Shown one piece after another: positions 9,616 through 18,971 of a stretch of DNA of 64,000 bases; the first letter of the stretch is position 1; every line of letters starts with the position of its first letter. Source of the stretch: a virus. Location: positions 3,410 through 67,409 of the IMG/VR virus record IMGVR_UViG_3300045988_143165; one strand, written 5' to 3'. The notes under the pieces are model-generated. The model did no database searches, was not told the DNA's origin, and saw only the letters and a program-made list of their open reading frames with translations. The position numbers were made by a program, and so were the translations under genes.

Positions 9616-10551
9616 TTATGTATCTCCTTGTTTGACATACTTTTTATAATTACAACATACATTTTCAAAAAATCTTTCCCAATCACCATTGCTCAAATCG
9701 TATTGTGATATTGAGTGTTTAATACAAAAATCACTATTTGAAAATGCTTTAATCATATTTTGAATTGGTGGTTGTCTATCTCGGCGTATTACCTGACCTA
9801 AATTTCGGAATACAATCCACGCTTCATTTCGTAATATGATTTCGCCCCAACAATCTGAATAACAAAACTTTTCTTTGTTACTTAAATCAATGCCAAAATA
9901 CTTTTTGGCACGATATACCAAGGGTGTTCCATTGTCACTTGGGTCAGATGGTCTATGTAAGGGTGAAAAGAAATCCCTGTGTTTAATCCAAAGGTCATCA
10001 CCTTTTACAACACATTGACACTTGCACTTGTTTAGAATCCAATCCGCTGAAAAACTTTGCTTTACTCCTTTTAATTCTGCTGGTTTTGATAATTTTGGCT
10101 GACCGTAAAATCTATATGAAACCACTTCGCAAAAAAGCGGTGCTGTAAAAAATAATTCGTAAACTTCGGCAGGATTAGAATAAGTAAATGTTATAGGATA
10201 AACTAAACTATCGTTTGACATAAACTGATATTCAACAATGTCATAATACAAATCATCAGCATTGTCTTTATATAGCCTAAATCGTAACATACCATCTTGT
10301 AATTGATACTTATACCATTCTCTTGTTCTATTTTGAGGAATTTTGTGTATTACTAAAAGTTCAGATTTGCTTTTTAACTCTTGAATAGTATCAAGATAGG
10401 ACATATCTGTATATGGTTGAATATCTGTAACATTTTCAGAGCTAAAAACCTGTCTTGCTTTTTCAGCAGTTTCAGCATAAATTAAAGGTTTTGCATTAAA
10501 TTCCTCTATTGTTAAAATCCAGCGTTTCATAGTTTGTAATAATGACTCCAT
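9616..10551 (-). CDS. hypothetical protein
   Basis: 311-aa ORF. No motif recognised. Confidence 0.4.
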   Translation of the reverse strand: MESLLQTMKRWILTIEEFNAKPLIYAETAEKARQVFSSENVTDIQPYTDMSYLDTIQELKSKSELLVIHKIPQNRTREWYKYQLQDGMLRFRLYKDNADDLYYDIVEYQFMSNDSLVYPITFTYSNPAEVYELFFTAPLFCEVVSYRFYGQPKLSKPAELKGVKQSFSADWILNKCKCQCVVKGDDLWIKHRDFFSPLHRPSDPSDNGTPLVYRAKKYFGIDLSNKEKFCYSDCWGEIILRNEAWIVFRNLGQVIRRDRQPPIQNMIKAFSNSDFCIKHSISQYDLSNGDWERFFENVCCNYKKYVKQGDT

Positions 10552-10626
10552 TTATGTAATCATTAGACAACCAATTTTGTGAATGGTCGTTAATGTCATC
10601 ATCTGATATTTCATTTCAAAAACCTC

Positions 10627-10962
10627 TTACTGAAATAATTTTCTGCAATATCCCATTTGAGCTAAATATCTTTTGAAATAAATATTTATACCATTGTGTG
10701 ATTTCTCTTTGAATGTAATAATTTTATACGGGAATCTATCAAGTGATACTACTAAATACTCAAAACCATTTATTGCAATATTCACACTACCATCTGTATT
10801 AAAATAAGCCAAAATAGGATGTTTAATTGAATGTTTTATATTTAGGTTGGGGCATCTTTTGTCAATCATTTCTTTTGCGTGTTTTGTTAATATGTAATTA
10901 TTCGCAATCTCGTTAAGCTCATTATGTTTTAATAATTGTCCTCTATGTCGAATCTGAATCAT
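10627..10962 (-). CDS. hypothetical protein (start uncertain)
   Basis: ORF overlapping the 3' end of the Dam-like methyltransferase in another frame. An internal Met was chosen as start. Confidence 0.3.
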   Translation of the reverse strand: MIQIRHRGQLLKHNELNEIANNYILTKHAKEMIDKRCPNLNIKHSIKHPILAYFNTDGSVNIAINGFEYLVVSLDRFPYKIITFKEKSHNGINIYFKRYLAQMGYCRKLFQ

Positions 10963-11478
10963 ATGTAACCTTCTTTTCAACAGTACATAATGTGTCATTC
11001 TTGCTGCCGCCGTGGGCAACAACAAGAATTTCAATTATTTCAAATCCTCTTTTCTTGCCAACACCATTTGTATTCCAACCAAAAGAAAGACAAACTCCAT
11101 TCGGTTTAAGAATACGAGCAATCTCATCAAGATGTTTTGCTCTCCAAGATGCTTTTGTATGTTCTGCGGTTACTTTGATACCAACACCCTCATAGCATTC
11201 TTTTACTTGACGAAGCGAATATGGTGGGTCATATAAAACCACATCAGCAGATTCACTTTCTATCAACTTCAAAAAGTCTAAAGCATCTAAATGATATGTA
11301 GTATCAAATTTTGGATTTAAGTCATTAGTAATCGTTCCTATATGACAACCATTTGCAAATGGGTCAACAATTACTTTGTTTTTATCCCCCTGGCGGTGTA
11401 TCTCACCACAAGTTCTTTTATTGGAGGAATACTAAATGTTTTGCAGTTAGGCATAGCCCATACTCTGTTTACAATCAT
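10943..11478 (-). CDS. phage Dam-like N6-adenine DNA methyltransferase. Needs a -1 shift at a G5 tract to join the N-terminal ATG to the DPPY frame
   Basis: The frame carrying VIVDPFANG...VVLYDPPYS...ILKPNGVCLSFGW has no Met anywhere (163 codons from stop to stop). The upstream frame has RBS gagggtataaaATG with MIVNRVWAMPNC.. (W-x-x-P like the family N-terminus). The two frames fuse if the G5 at 11387-11391 (minus sense) were G6. Confidence 0.55.
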
Positions 11479-11490
11479 TTTATACCCTCA

Positions 11491-11676
11491 TCACAAGCCA
11501 AACTTCGTTTTGAGCTTTTCCCACAATGTCGGCTGGTGTTTATTACAATGGCAGGGATAATGACGGATTGAACCGTCACGTCCACACTTGATATATTTCT
11601 CACCAAGATTTGCTTTTTGTTCATATTTACATTTCATTTTCATTATCCTTCCTTTGGAAAAGAATATGGTTTGCAA
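11491..11676 (-). CDS. small Cys-rich protein
   Basis: KCKYEQ...KCGRDG...CHC zinc-ribbon-like pattern. Confidence 0.3.
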   Translation of the reverse strand: MQTIFFSKGRIMKMKCKYEQKANLGEKYIKCGRDGSIRHYPCHCNKHQPTLWEKLKTKFGL

Positions 11677-11960
11677 ATTATATAATTACTCATTGCCAAT
11701 AAATCCATAAGTTCTCCTTTTATGTATTTCTCAATATTATTTCTTAATAATAAAAAATTATTGCATTTCTATCAATTTATATGAATTCCTTAAAGCACTA
11801 TGACCTATCGTTGAAGTTATTGTTCCAATCGTTGTTTGGTCTGCTCTAATATTACAATTATAGTTATCATAAAAAATAGCAATATAGGGAGTTTAAGGTA
11901 CATTATGAGTAATAAAAATGATATTTTATGTATTTGCTTTTGTGTTGCTCAATAATGTTT

Positions 11961-12251
11961 TTAAGTAACAACAAATTCGCTAATTGCCGAATAAATATCC
12001 TTTTCGCAAACACACCATATTGTATTCCAATCTACTTCGTGAGCAGTATGCTCTCTTTCAGACTGTTCTCTCTGTGCCATAATCAAAGAACAAAGTAATG
12101 ACTTCGCGGATATATCCCAATCATTTCCATTTTCATCTTTGCCTATGAGTCGCACATCACAATCAATTGTGCTTACTATATTGGTAAACTTTTTAACAGC
12201 AGTAATATTTGATAGCTCAATTTTTGCTTTCATATTTCCACCTCTTTTCAA
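11961..12251 (-). CDS. hypothetical protein
   Basis: ORF with RBS. No motif recognised. Confidence 0.4.
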   Translation of the reverse strand: MKRGGNMKAKIELSNITAVKKFTNIVSTIDCDVRLIGKDENGNDWDISAKSLLCSLIMAQREQSEREHTAHEVDWNTIWCVCEKDIYSAISEFVVT

Positions 12252-12319
12252 CTTTATCTAAAGTATATCATAGGATTTAATGTATGTCAATCGTTTTTCT
12301 CAAAATTATTTCTTATTTT

Positions 12320-14269
12320 TTAGAAATTTCCCATTATATATTCAAGTTCAGAAATAATCTTTGTTCCATACTTCTCAGCAGCTTTATTTTTAGAGCTGCC
12401 AGAAGTCTTATCATTTGTAATTAAATATTGTGTTTTAGAAGTCACGGAAGAAACTACCGTTCCACCTTTTGCTTCAATATCATACACAAGAGCATTACGG
12501 TTGTCAAATTCAACTAATTTTCCTGTAATACAAAATGTTTTGTCTTTGTATCTTTGGCTTAAATCGGATTTTTGTGGTTTTTTAATGTGAAGAATATTAA
12601 CAAGAGGTTGAATATCTTCATAATTATCTACAACATATGAATTGATATTATCACTTGTTGCCTGTCCGATTTCCTGCAATACGCTCCAATCAAATCCTGA
12701 CATTGCAAAATTGATAAACTCTTGAAATGTATTTTCTACTCCTGTTTCTTCACAATATTCAGCTATCGTTCTTGCTGCTGATTTACCAATTCCCGGAATA
12801 CCAATAGCAATAATAATATTGATTAACTGACATTTTTTACTAACTTCAATAGCATTGATAATCTTATCAATGCTTGATTCACCAAAACCTTTTGCTTTTG
12901 CAATTTCATTACGATAATCTTTAAGGTGATAAAGGCTCTCAAAACTTGTAATATAACCCATATCCATAAGGGAGCGTAACCTTTCTTCTGATATGCCTAC
13001 AATATTCATTGCTTCCCTTGTAGCAAAGTTTGAAATTTTATCGTGAAGAATTGCTTTACAATGTCTGTTTGTGCAGTAAAGCATTTCTCTACCGTTATCA
13101 TTCTTTATCGTCACAGGATTTCCACAAGACGGGCATACTGAAGGTATTTGGTATGTATTACTTCTTGTAAGATTTTGTGTGATTTTCGGGATAATCTGAT
13201 TTGCTTTAACAACGGTTACAATGTCACCAATACCAAGTTCAAGCTCTTTGATAATACTTACATTGTTAAGAGTAGCACGAGATACAGTAGTTCCATCAAT
13301 CTCGACAGGCTCAAAAATTGCAACAGGATTTACAAGACCAGTTCTGCTCGTTGACCACTCAATGTTAAGCAAAACCGTTTCGTTTTCCTCTTGATAGAAT
13401 TTATATGCAAGAGAATGTCTTGGGTGATGTCCTGTTCTACCAAGAGAATTTCCATACTCAATATCATCAAACATTCCTACTATTCCATCAATCGGAATCT
13501 GTTTGGTTTCGCATTCATCTTTAATCCATTCAATAGTATTAAAACTATTGGTATAATAAGGTACTACATCAAAACCAAGATTTGATAGAAAATCAAAACC
13601 TTCAGAATGATACTGAATACCAACATTTTCTGCTTCGTGAAGCCTCCAAGCTATAAACTTGATATTCCGTTTTGCAGCAATTTCACTATTCAACTGACGT
13701 ACTGAACCACTTACAAGATTTCGTGGATTTTTATATTTTGTATTTTCTCTTGCTTTAATACGTTCAAATTCATCATAAGTAATAATACACTCGCCATCAA
13801 TTTCGAGTTTACCCTTAAACGGAATTTCTGTTGGAAGATTAGAAAATACTTTTGCATTGTGGGTAATATCTTCTCCGGTTTCACCGTCACCACGACTTTC
13901 GGCTCTTATGAGTTTGCCATTGTCATATGTCAAGGAGCAAGTAAGCCCATCAAGTTTTGCCATAATAAGAAAATCTTTGTTACCGAAATACTTAATAAAC
14001 TCATCAATATCCGTTGTCTTACCAAGAGATAATAAAGGATGGCTATGTTTGACTTTCTGTAACTGACTCAAGCTCATATAACCAACAGATTGTGTCGGTG
14101 AATTTGAGAATATACATCCTGTCTCTCGTTCTAAAACAATTAGTTTATCAAAGAGTTCATCATACTCTCTGTCAGAAATGATACTATTATTATTGTTATA
14201 GTATTCATCTCTGTACTTATTTAACTTTTTGACGAGGGATTTAACTTCCTCTACTCTATTTTCATTCAT
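12320..14269 (-). CDS. ligA: NAD+-dependent DNA ligase
   Basis: Adenylation motif KLDG, an OB/zinc/HhH architecture and a C-terminal BRCT-like segment. 649 aa, typical LigA length. Confidence 0.9.
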   Translation of the reverse strand: MNENRVEEVKSLVKKLNKYRDEYYNNNNSIISDREYDELFDKLIVLERETGCIFSNSPTQSVGYMSLSQLQKVKHSHPLLSLGKTTDIDEFIKYFGNKDFLIMAKLDGLTCSLTYDNGKLIRAESRGDGETGEDITHNAKVFSNLPTEIPFKGKLEIDGECIITYDEFERIKARENTKYKNPRNLVSGSVRQLNSEIAAKRNIKFIAWRLHEAENVGIQYHSEGFDFLSNLGFDVVPYYTNSFNTIEWIKDECETKQIPIDGIVGMFDDIEYGNSLGRTGHHPRHSLAYKFYQEENETVLLNIEWSTSRTGLVNPVAIFEPVEIDGTTVSRATLNNVSIIKELELGIGDIVTVVKANQIIPKITQNLTRSNTYQIPSVCPSCGNPVTIKNDNGREMLYCTNRHCKAILHDKISNFATREAMNIVGISEERLRSLMDMGYITSFESLYHLKDYRNEIAKAKGFGESSIDKIINAIEVSKKCQLINIIIAIGIPGIGKSAARTIAEYCEETGVENTFQEFINFAMSGFDWSVLQEIGQATSDNINSYVVDNYEDIQPLVNILHIKKPQKSDLSQRYKDKTFCITGKLVEFDNRNALVYDIEAKGGTVVSSVTSKTQYLITNDKTSGSSKNKAAEKYGTKIISELEYIMGNF

Positions 14270-14293
14270 TATTATATCCTCAAATATTCAGTG

Positions 14294-14578
14294 TTAATTG
14301 TTCCCATTGCTCACTACTATCGGTTCCCCCGAATATAAGTCATCTTTTACCTTAATAACTTCCTCAACCTCAACAGCTTGGTATTCATTGCCTATTTTAC
14401 GATGCCAACTTCTTTCAAAACCAGCAATAGCCTTTTTCTCGCTTGAATAAGTCTTAATCTGTGTATCACCTATATCATCAATAGGCTTGAAATAATATTG
14501 CCTCGCAAGTCCACACATTATATGTGTACCATTACGGACGATTATGTATCTTTTTCTGGTAATAACTTTACTCATCAT
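14294..14578 (-). CDS. hypothetical protein
   Basis: ORF. No motif recognised. Confidence 0.35.
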   Translation of the reverse strand: MMSKVITRKRYIIVRNGTHIMCGLARQYYFKPIDDIGDTQIKTYSSEKKAIAGFERSWHRKIGNEYQAVEVEEVIKVKDDLYSGEPIVVSNGNN

Positions 14579-15306
14579 AATCCTCCCACGGAATCCTTAC
14601 CTTATATTTACCCTCAAAATATGTTGTACCTACACCGCATTCTTTGCACCATTCATTAAGGTAATCCTGTAATTCAATGATTTTTTTGCTTGGAATATCA
14701 TAGAATGCATCCTCATACAAATCCTCTGTTGCATTTTCAACTATTCCTTGTGCATCAATGTTAATTTTAACAGGCTCGGTTGACCATACAAATTCAGGTC
14801 TTATATCTGAAGGTTCGTGTTCTTCTGCCCAATACTCAAAGAAATCATCCCAATCCATAAAGAAACCGTCATTTCTTCCATACTCGTCAGAAAAGAAATA
14901 TTCCATATTTTTAATCATTTCGGATGGTGCAAGTTCTGCATCATTTAATTCTTTGGCTCTCCGTTGATAAAATTGCTTTCTGTCTAACTCCCTTTGTTGT
15001 TCACAATTATGTTTTGTATATCCACGCTCAATGATACCACCGCAAAGATTACAACGGTGGATAATACCATTAAAACAATGTGGGCAAAAAAGTCAAAATC
15101 TGATGAGAGTAAGGAAACATTCTGCTTTTGTCAGGGTCATCACTTAATCCATAAGGATTTTCACGAATGACAAGTCCTGTGCCGTGACAAACTTGGCAAA
15201 TTTCCTCATCTCCGTGTAAATCCTTTTTCAAATGAACATTAACAAGTTTCTCAACATAATTCTTGTCTGCAACATATTCTGTTTTAGGTTTTACAAATTC
15301 ACTCAT
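14568..15306 (-). CDS. zinc-finger protein with four CxxCxG motifs (DnaJ-type Zn-finger-like), apparently requiring a -1 frameshift at U_UUU_UUG
   Basis: The upstream frame (MSEFVKPK...CQVCHGTG...) stops at 15070. The downstream frame is open from 15092 with 58 start-less codons containing CPHCFNG and CNLCGG, then CKECGVG. The slippery heptamer T TTT TTG (plus-strand A6 at 15086-15091) links the two frames. Confidence 0.5.
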
Positions 15307-15319
15307 TGTTTTGTTCCCT

Positions 15320-15928
15320 TCAAATCTGAAAAAATTTTTTGAAAATATTATTGACTTCTTCTTGTCTTTCCTTAACAAAATCTCTGTCTTTTGGTCTCTT
15401 GCCATAGAACATCTCTTTGAAATCATTTTCAAATTGATTTATTACATTTTTGTCAGCGAGGCTAATTCTGCCCCTTATTACACAAAATTTCTCTGTTTCA
15501 AGATTGAAACAATAGTTTGCTGAACGCTTACCTATTGTCCTCATATATACTTTGTTCAACCTGCGAGATGTAATAATCAAATTCCATCGTGACTTTGGAA
15601 GCCATTCTTTGAATTTTGCATATTTACCATCCAAGTGAGCGTATTTCTTTCTGGTTGCTGCGGCTCGTTTGGCTTTCATACTTCTCTCATATTTTCTTTG
15701 ACGTTCTTCCGATTCTTCCCAATCAATACGCTGACTTTCAAGCATACCATCCCAAATCTCGTCATCGTCATTCCAAGAAGTGCAAGGTGGTTCTATGGGA
15801 TTGCCAGAACCATCGGAAGTCCATCCACCCGGACATTCACTCTCATACAAAGGACACTTTGAGCAATCGTCAATATCTTTGGCGAGAACTACACTATCCT
15901 CATTTTCCATATTATCCATATCTTTCAT
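15320..15928 (-). CDS. hypothetical protein
   Basis: 202-aa ORF, acidic at the N-terminus and basic at the C-terminus. Confidence 0.4.
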   Translation of the reverse strand: MKDMDNMENEDSVVLAKDIDDCSKCPLYESECPGGWTSDGSGNPIEPPCTSWNDDDEIWDGMLESQRIDWEESEERQRKYERSMKAKRAAATRKKYAHLDGKYAKFKEWLPKSRWNLIITSRRLNKVYMRTIGKRSANYCFNLETEKFCVIRGRISLADKNVINQFENDFKEMFYGKRPKDRDFVKERQEEVNNIFKKFFQI

Positions 15929-16130
15929 TTCATCTTTCTGCTACTTCTTTTTATTGTGCAATATCACACTGACTCTGCTTGATTATGTTTTTTAATTCAT
16001 CTGGCGTATAACCCAAATCTTCATACTTTCCGAGGGCGTTTCTCAATGCACATCTTTCCGAATATTCATCTTCAAATGCTTTTGCAGAACCATAATCTCC
16101 CATAAGTGATTTATAAGTTAATCTATCCAT

Positions 16131-16718
16131 TTACATCACCTCTTTTATAGACTCAATGTATTCTTCCGAAGCGTAAAATGGAACACTCATTAACTCTCTC
16201 CGAATTTCGTCATACATCTTGTGTAATTTTGGATTAACCCATTTTTGCCATTCTCTGCGATTATCGGCAACCATTAAGGCTCTTACTTGTGTAGCCGAAA
16301 TAGGTATTTTTCCACGGCTTACAATAATTTCTGTAACATCCTTAATATCATCTGGGTCAAACCATCGAGACCGGCTTTCATCATTACCGTATATCATAAG
16401 TTCAGGCGTCTTATAAATATAACGGTCAATATTATCAAGTAAGTATCGACCCCATTCAGGTCTAATATCATTTTCATTCGTTAAATCAGAAATACCCTTA
16501 ATAATAATTGAGCCATCATCACCGTAAATAGCTCTCAACATTCTTATTCTTGTGTCAATGTTTAGTGGATTTCTTTCTGTTCCACATTCCTGCGAAGAAC
16601 CGACCAAAATTAACACCCTATCACACAGTTTTAACGCCGTATCAACAAGTGATTCGTGACCGATATGAAAAGTTTGAAATCTGCCACAAATAACACCTAC
16701 ATCATATGGTTTGCTCAT
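16131..16718 (-). CDS. nadM: nicotinamide-nucleotide adenylyltransferase (NadM/NadR-type NMNAT)
   Basis: ICGRFQTFHIGH, the (H/T)xGH motif, and a C-terminal ISATQVR (ISSTxxR) motif. Confidence 0.75.
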   Translation of the reverse strand: MSKPYDVGVICGRFQTFHIGHESLVDTALKLCDRVLILVGSSQECGTERNPLNIDTRIRMLRAIYGDDGSIIIKGISDLTNENDIRPEWGRYLLDNIDRYIYKTPELMIYGNDESRSRWFDPDDIKDVTEIIVSRGKIPISATQVRALMVADNRREWQKWVNPKLHKMYDEIRRELMSVPFYASEEYIESIKEVM

Positions 16719-16732
16719 ATTTTATCTCCTTA

Positions 16733-17023
16733 TCAGAAAAAGTTGAATAATAAACTACCCTCAGAAGTTCTTATATCAACGATAGCATTTTCAATTTTAG
16801 TTGTTTCTTTTGTCTCTTTAACCTTTTGGTTGGAGCAAGCGGCAAATGTAAAACACATTATAATACCCATAAAGAAAGCAATAATCTTTCTCCATAAAGG
16901 CATTTTCTTTATTTTAATAGTTTGCTCTTTAGCCTTTGCCTCACAACTCGGACAAACCATTCTGCCTTCGGGAACATAAGCTCCACAACTCACACATCTA
17001 TCATACATTTTCTTTATCCTCAC
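16733..17023 (-). CDS. zinc-ribbon membrane protein
   Basis: CVSCG...CPSCE followed by a TM helix. Confidence 0.4.
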   Translation of the reverse strand: MRIKKMYDRCVSCGAYVPEGRMVCPSCEAKAKEQTIKIKKMPLWRKIIAFFMGIIMCFTFAACSNQKVKETKETTKIENAIVDIRTSEGSLLFNFF

Positions 17024-17579
17024 TATGAATTATTTCTTCAAATGTTCTCGGCGTATAATTCATATAAGGAATCATACAACCAACATTAAACATATTGCAG
17101 GGCTTGTCGTAGAGAGCAACCATTTCATATTTAACTCTCTGCATCATATTCCACTCAAATGAATTATGAACGTGTCCGTAAAAATGGTAAGCACCATAAT
17201 AGTGTCGGTTAAAACAAGGTATAGGGTAGTGGGATAAAATAATGTCATTGCCGTTAATTTTGATTTCTTTGTAATCAACGATTTCAATGAACAAGTCTCT
17301 GATATTCTTGCTTTTAAGTAGTTTTCTATCGTGGTTTCCTATGCAAAGATGTTTGTTTCCATTTAATTGACTGAATACCTCAATAGTCTTTGTTGTGTTA
17401 CCCCAACAAATATCTCCGAGAATCCATACATCATCGTCAAATCCGACAGTTCCATTCCATCGTCTTATAAGTTCGGTATCGTGTTCTTCAATCGTCTTAA
17501 ATGGTCTATTGTCAAATGAGAGACAATTTTCGTGGCTGAAATGCTAATGCAAGTCAGCTATAAAATACATCTGACTCAT
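17001..17579 (-). CDS. calcineurin-like metallophosphoesterase interrupted by an in-frame TAG (pseudogene or readthrough)
   Basis: RBS GGAGGT plus ATG gives MSQMYFIADLH, then TAG (17544-17546), then HFSHEN..GDICWG..GNHD..GHVHN in the same frame with no internal start. Deleting the 6 nt tagcat restores the family motif DLHFSHEN. Confidence 0.55.
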
Positions 17580-17749
17580 ACACTCAACACCTCCAATCTA
17601 TTCCATTTTCTTTTCGTTAGAAATATATTTAAGATTACGAAACCAATCAGCTATGCACATAATTCCAAGTATTGCTCCAATCATTACACCTATTCCAAAT
17701 CCTACCCAAAACATTTAACCGACCTCCTATTATGTCATCATTCTTTATT

Positions 17750-18379
17750 TTACCAGCTTACATAAATATCTATGGTATCACTTGCACAACCGGTATCATA
17801 TACTTTACCACTCTTACCAAATGGCGTGGCTATCACTGTACCTTTGCTTAAAGACGAAGAAGATAAACAAATATAATCATTCCCATCGCAAATGTAACCA
17901 CTTGAATCTGCGTGTCTGCCTGGAATATTCAAACCACTGCCAGGGAGAACTCTTTCGCTATACCAAGTCCATCTCCATCCATTCCAATAAATGACGCCCA
18001 TATTCATAAATTTTGAAGCTGAATATAAAGCCTCACTTGTTTCTGATTTTTCTATTTGTGCTTCTGTTTCTTTTGGTTTCGTAGTTTCCACAGGTTTTAT
18101 TGTCGGCTTAACTGTTGTAGTAGGTTTAACCGTTGTAACTTCTGTCGGTTTTTCTGTTACCTGCTCCGTTGTTACTTCTGTTATTTCTTCTGTGGTTTCC
18201 TCGACCTTTTTAGTAGTTGTAACTTCTGTTGTTAATTGAGTAGTTACAATTACTGTACTTTCTTTGGATTGGTTTTCGCTTTGTTCAATCTCTGAATCTG
18301 TTGCTATAATTACTATTGTGCTGATAACAGCCAGCACAGCAACTAAACAAATCAATCCTTTGATTTTCGCTACTCTCAA
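17750..18379 (-). CDS. membrane-anchored Thr-rich protein with a C-terminal 3D domain (cell-wall hydrolase-like)
   Basis: N-terminal TM, a TTEVTT repeat linker, and a C-terminal GWRW...ICDGNDYICLSS...YDTGCASDTIDIY 3D-domain pattern. Confidence 0.5.
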   Translation of the reverse strand: MRVAKIKGLICLVAVLAVISTIVIIATDSEIEQSENQSKESTVIVTTQLTTEVTTTKKVEETTEEITEVTTEQVTEKPTEVTTVKPTTTVKPTIKPVETTKPKETEAQIEKSETSEALYSASKFMNMGVIYWNGWRWTWYSERVLPGSGLNIPGRHADSSGYICDGNDYICLSSSSLSKGTVIATPFGKSGKVYDTGCASDTIDIYVSW

Positions 18380-18399
18380 ACCTACCTCCTTTGTAAAAT

Positions 18400-18792
18400 T
18401 TACTGGAGTTTTCTACCACAAGTCGGGCAAAAATAAGCAATCTTTTCTTTGCCTGACTTTGTATATAAGACATATTCTCTATAGCCCGAACAATCAATAC
18501 ATCCTTCTTCTTGTGGTACAAACGCCATTTGACTGCCTGATAGATTAGGCAGTGAGTTTTCTTTAATTCTGTAACCATTTTTATTGCAGTAAATATTTAC
18601 CGCTTTAAGTGCAAAATCTGCACTTTCAGCATCAATATTTAATCCGCAGGTTACTTCTACTTCTAAATTGCTGTTAGCCATTTTACACCTTTTCAACAAT
18701 CTGAATACATTGGTTTTCAAACTTTTTGTAGGCATCAAAATATATTTCATTTTTGTCGCCGTTATATGTAAGCTCGTAATACATTCCATCAA
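18400..18792 (-). CDS. hypothetical zinc-ribbon protein
   Basis: CIDCSG...CPTCGRK motif. Confidence 0.35.
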   Translation of the reverse strand: MMECITSLHITATKMKYILMPTKSLKTNVFRLLKRCKMANSNLEVEVTCGLNIDAESADFALKAVNIYCNKNGYRIKENSLPNLSGSQMAFVPQEEGCIDCSGYREYVLYTKSGKEKIAYFCPTCGRKLQ

Positions 18793-18958
18793 GGAGTGTA
18801 GTGCTTAATAGGGCTTTGTTATTTTGCAGAGTCTTACAAGACCATACAACATAAACATCATTTTCTGTAATTTCAGCATTATCACTCTTGTCTAAATGCT
18901 TATTTGCGTAATCCATTACGATTTGCTTACAAAGAACTTCAAACTTTGCCAAATCCAT
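18683..18958 (-). CDS. hypothetical protein
   Basis: ORF. No motif recognised. Confidence 0.3.
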   Translation of the reverse strand: MDLAKFEVLCKQIVMDYANKHLDKSDNAEITENDVYVVWSCKTLQNNKALLSTTLLDGMYYELTYNGDKNEIYFDAYKKFENQCIQIVEKV

Positions 18959-18971
18959 AGGTAATCCTCCT

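Noticed and set aside
10943-11676. Self-splicing intron or intein interrupting the Dam-like methyltransferase
   Set aside because: The gap between the putative N-terminal segment and the DPF motif is only about 120 nt and a single-nucleotide shift at G5 explains the discontinuity. The similarity of ORF 11491..11676 (QPTLWEKLKTKFGL) to the family N-terminus is weaker than that of the MIVNRVW frame.
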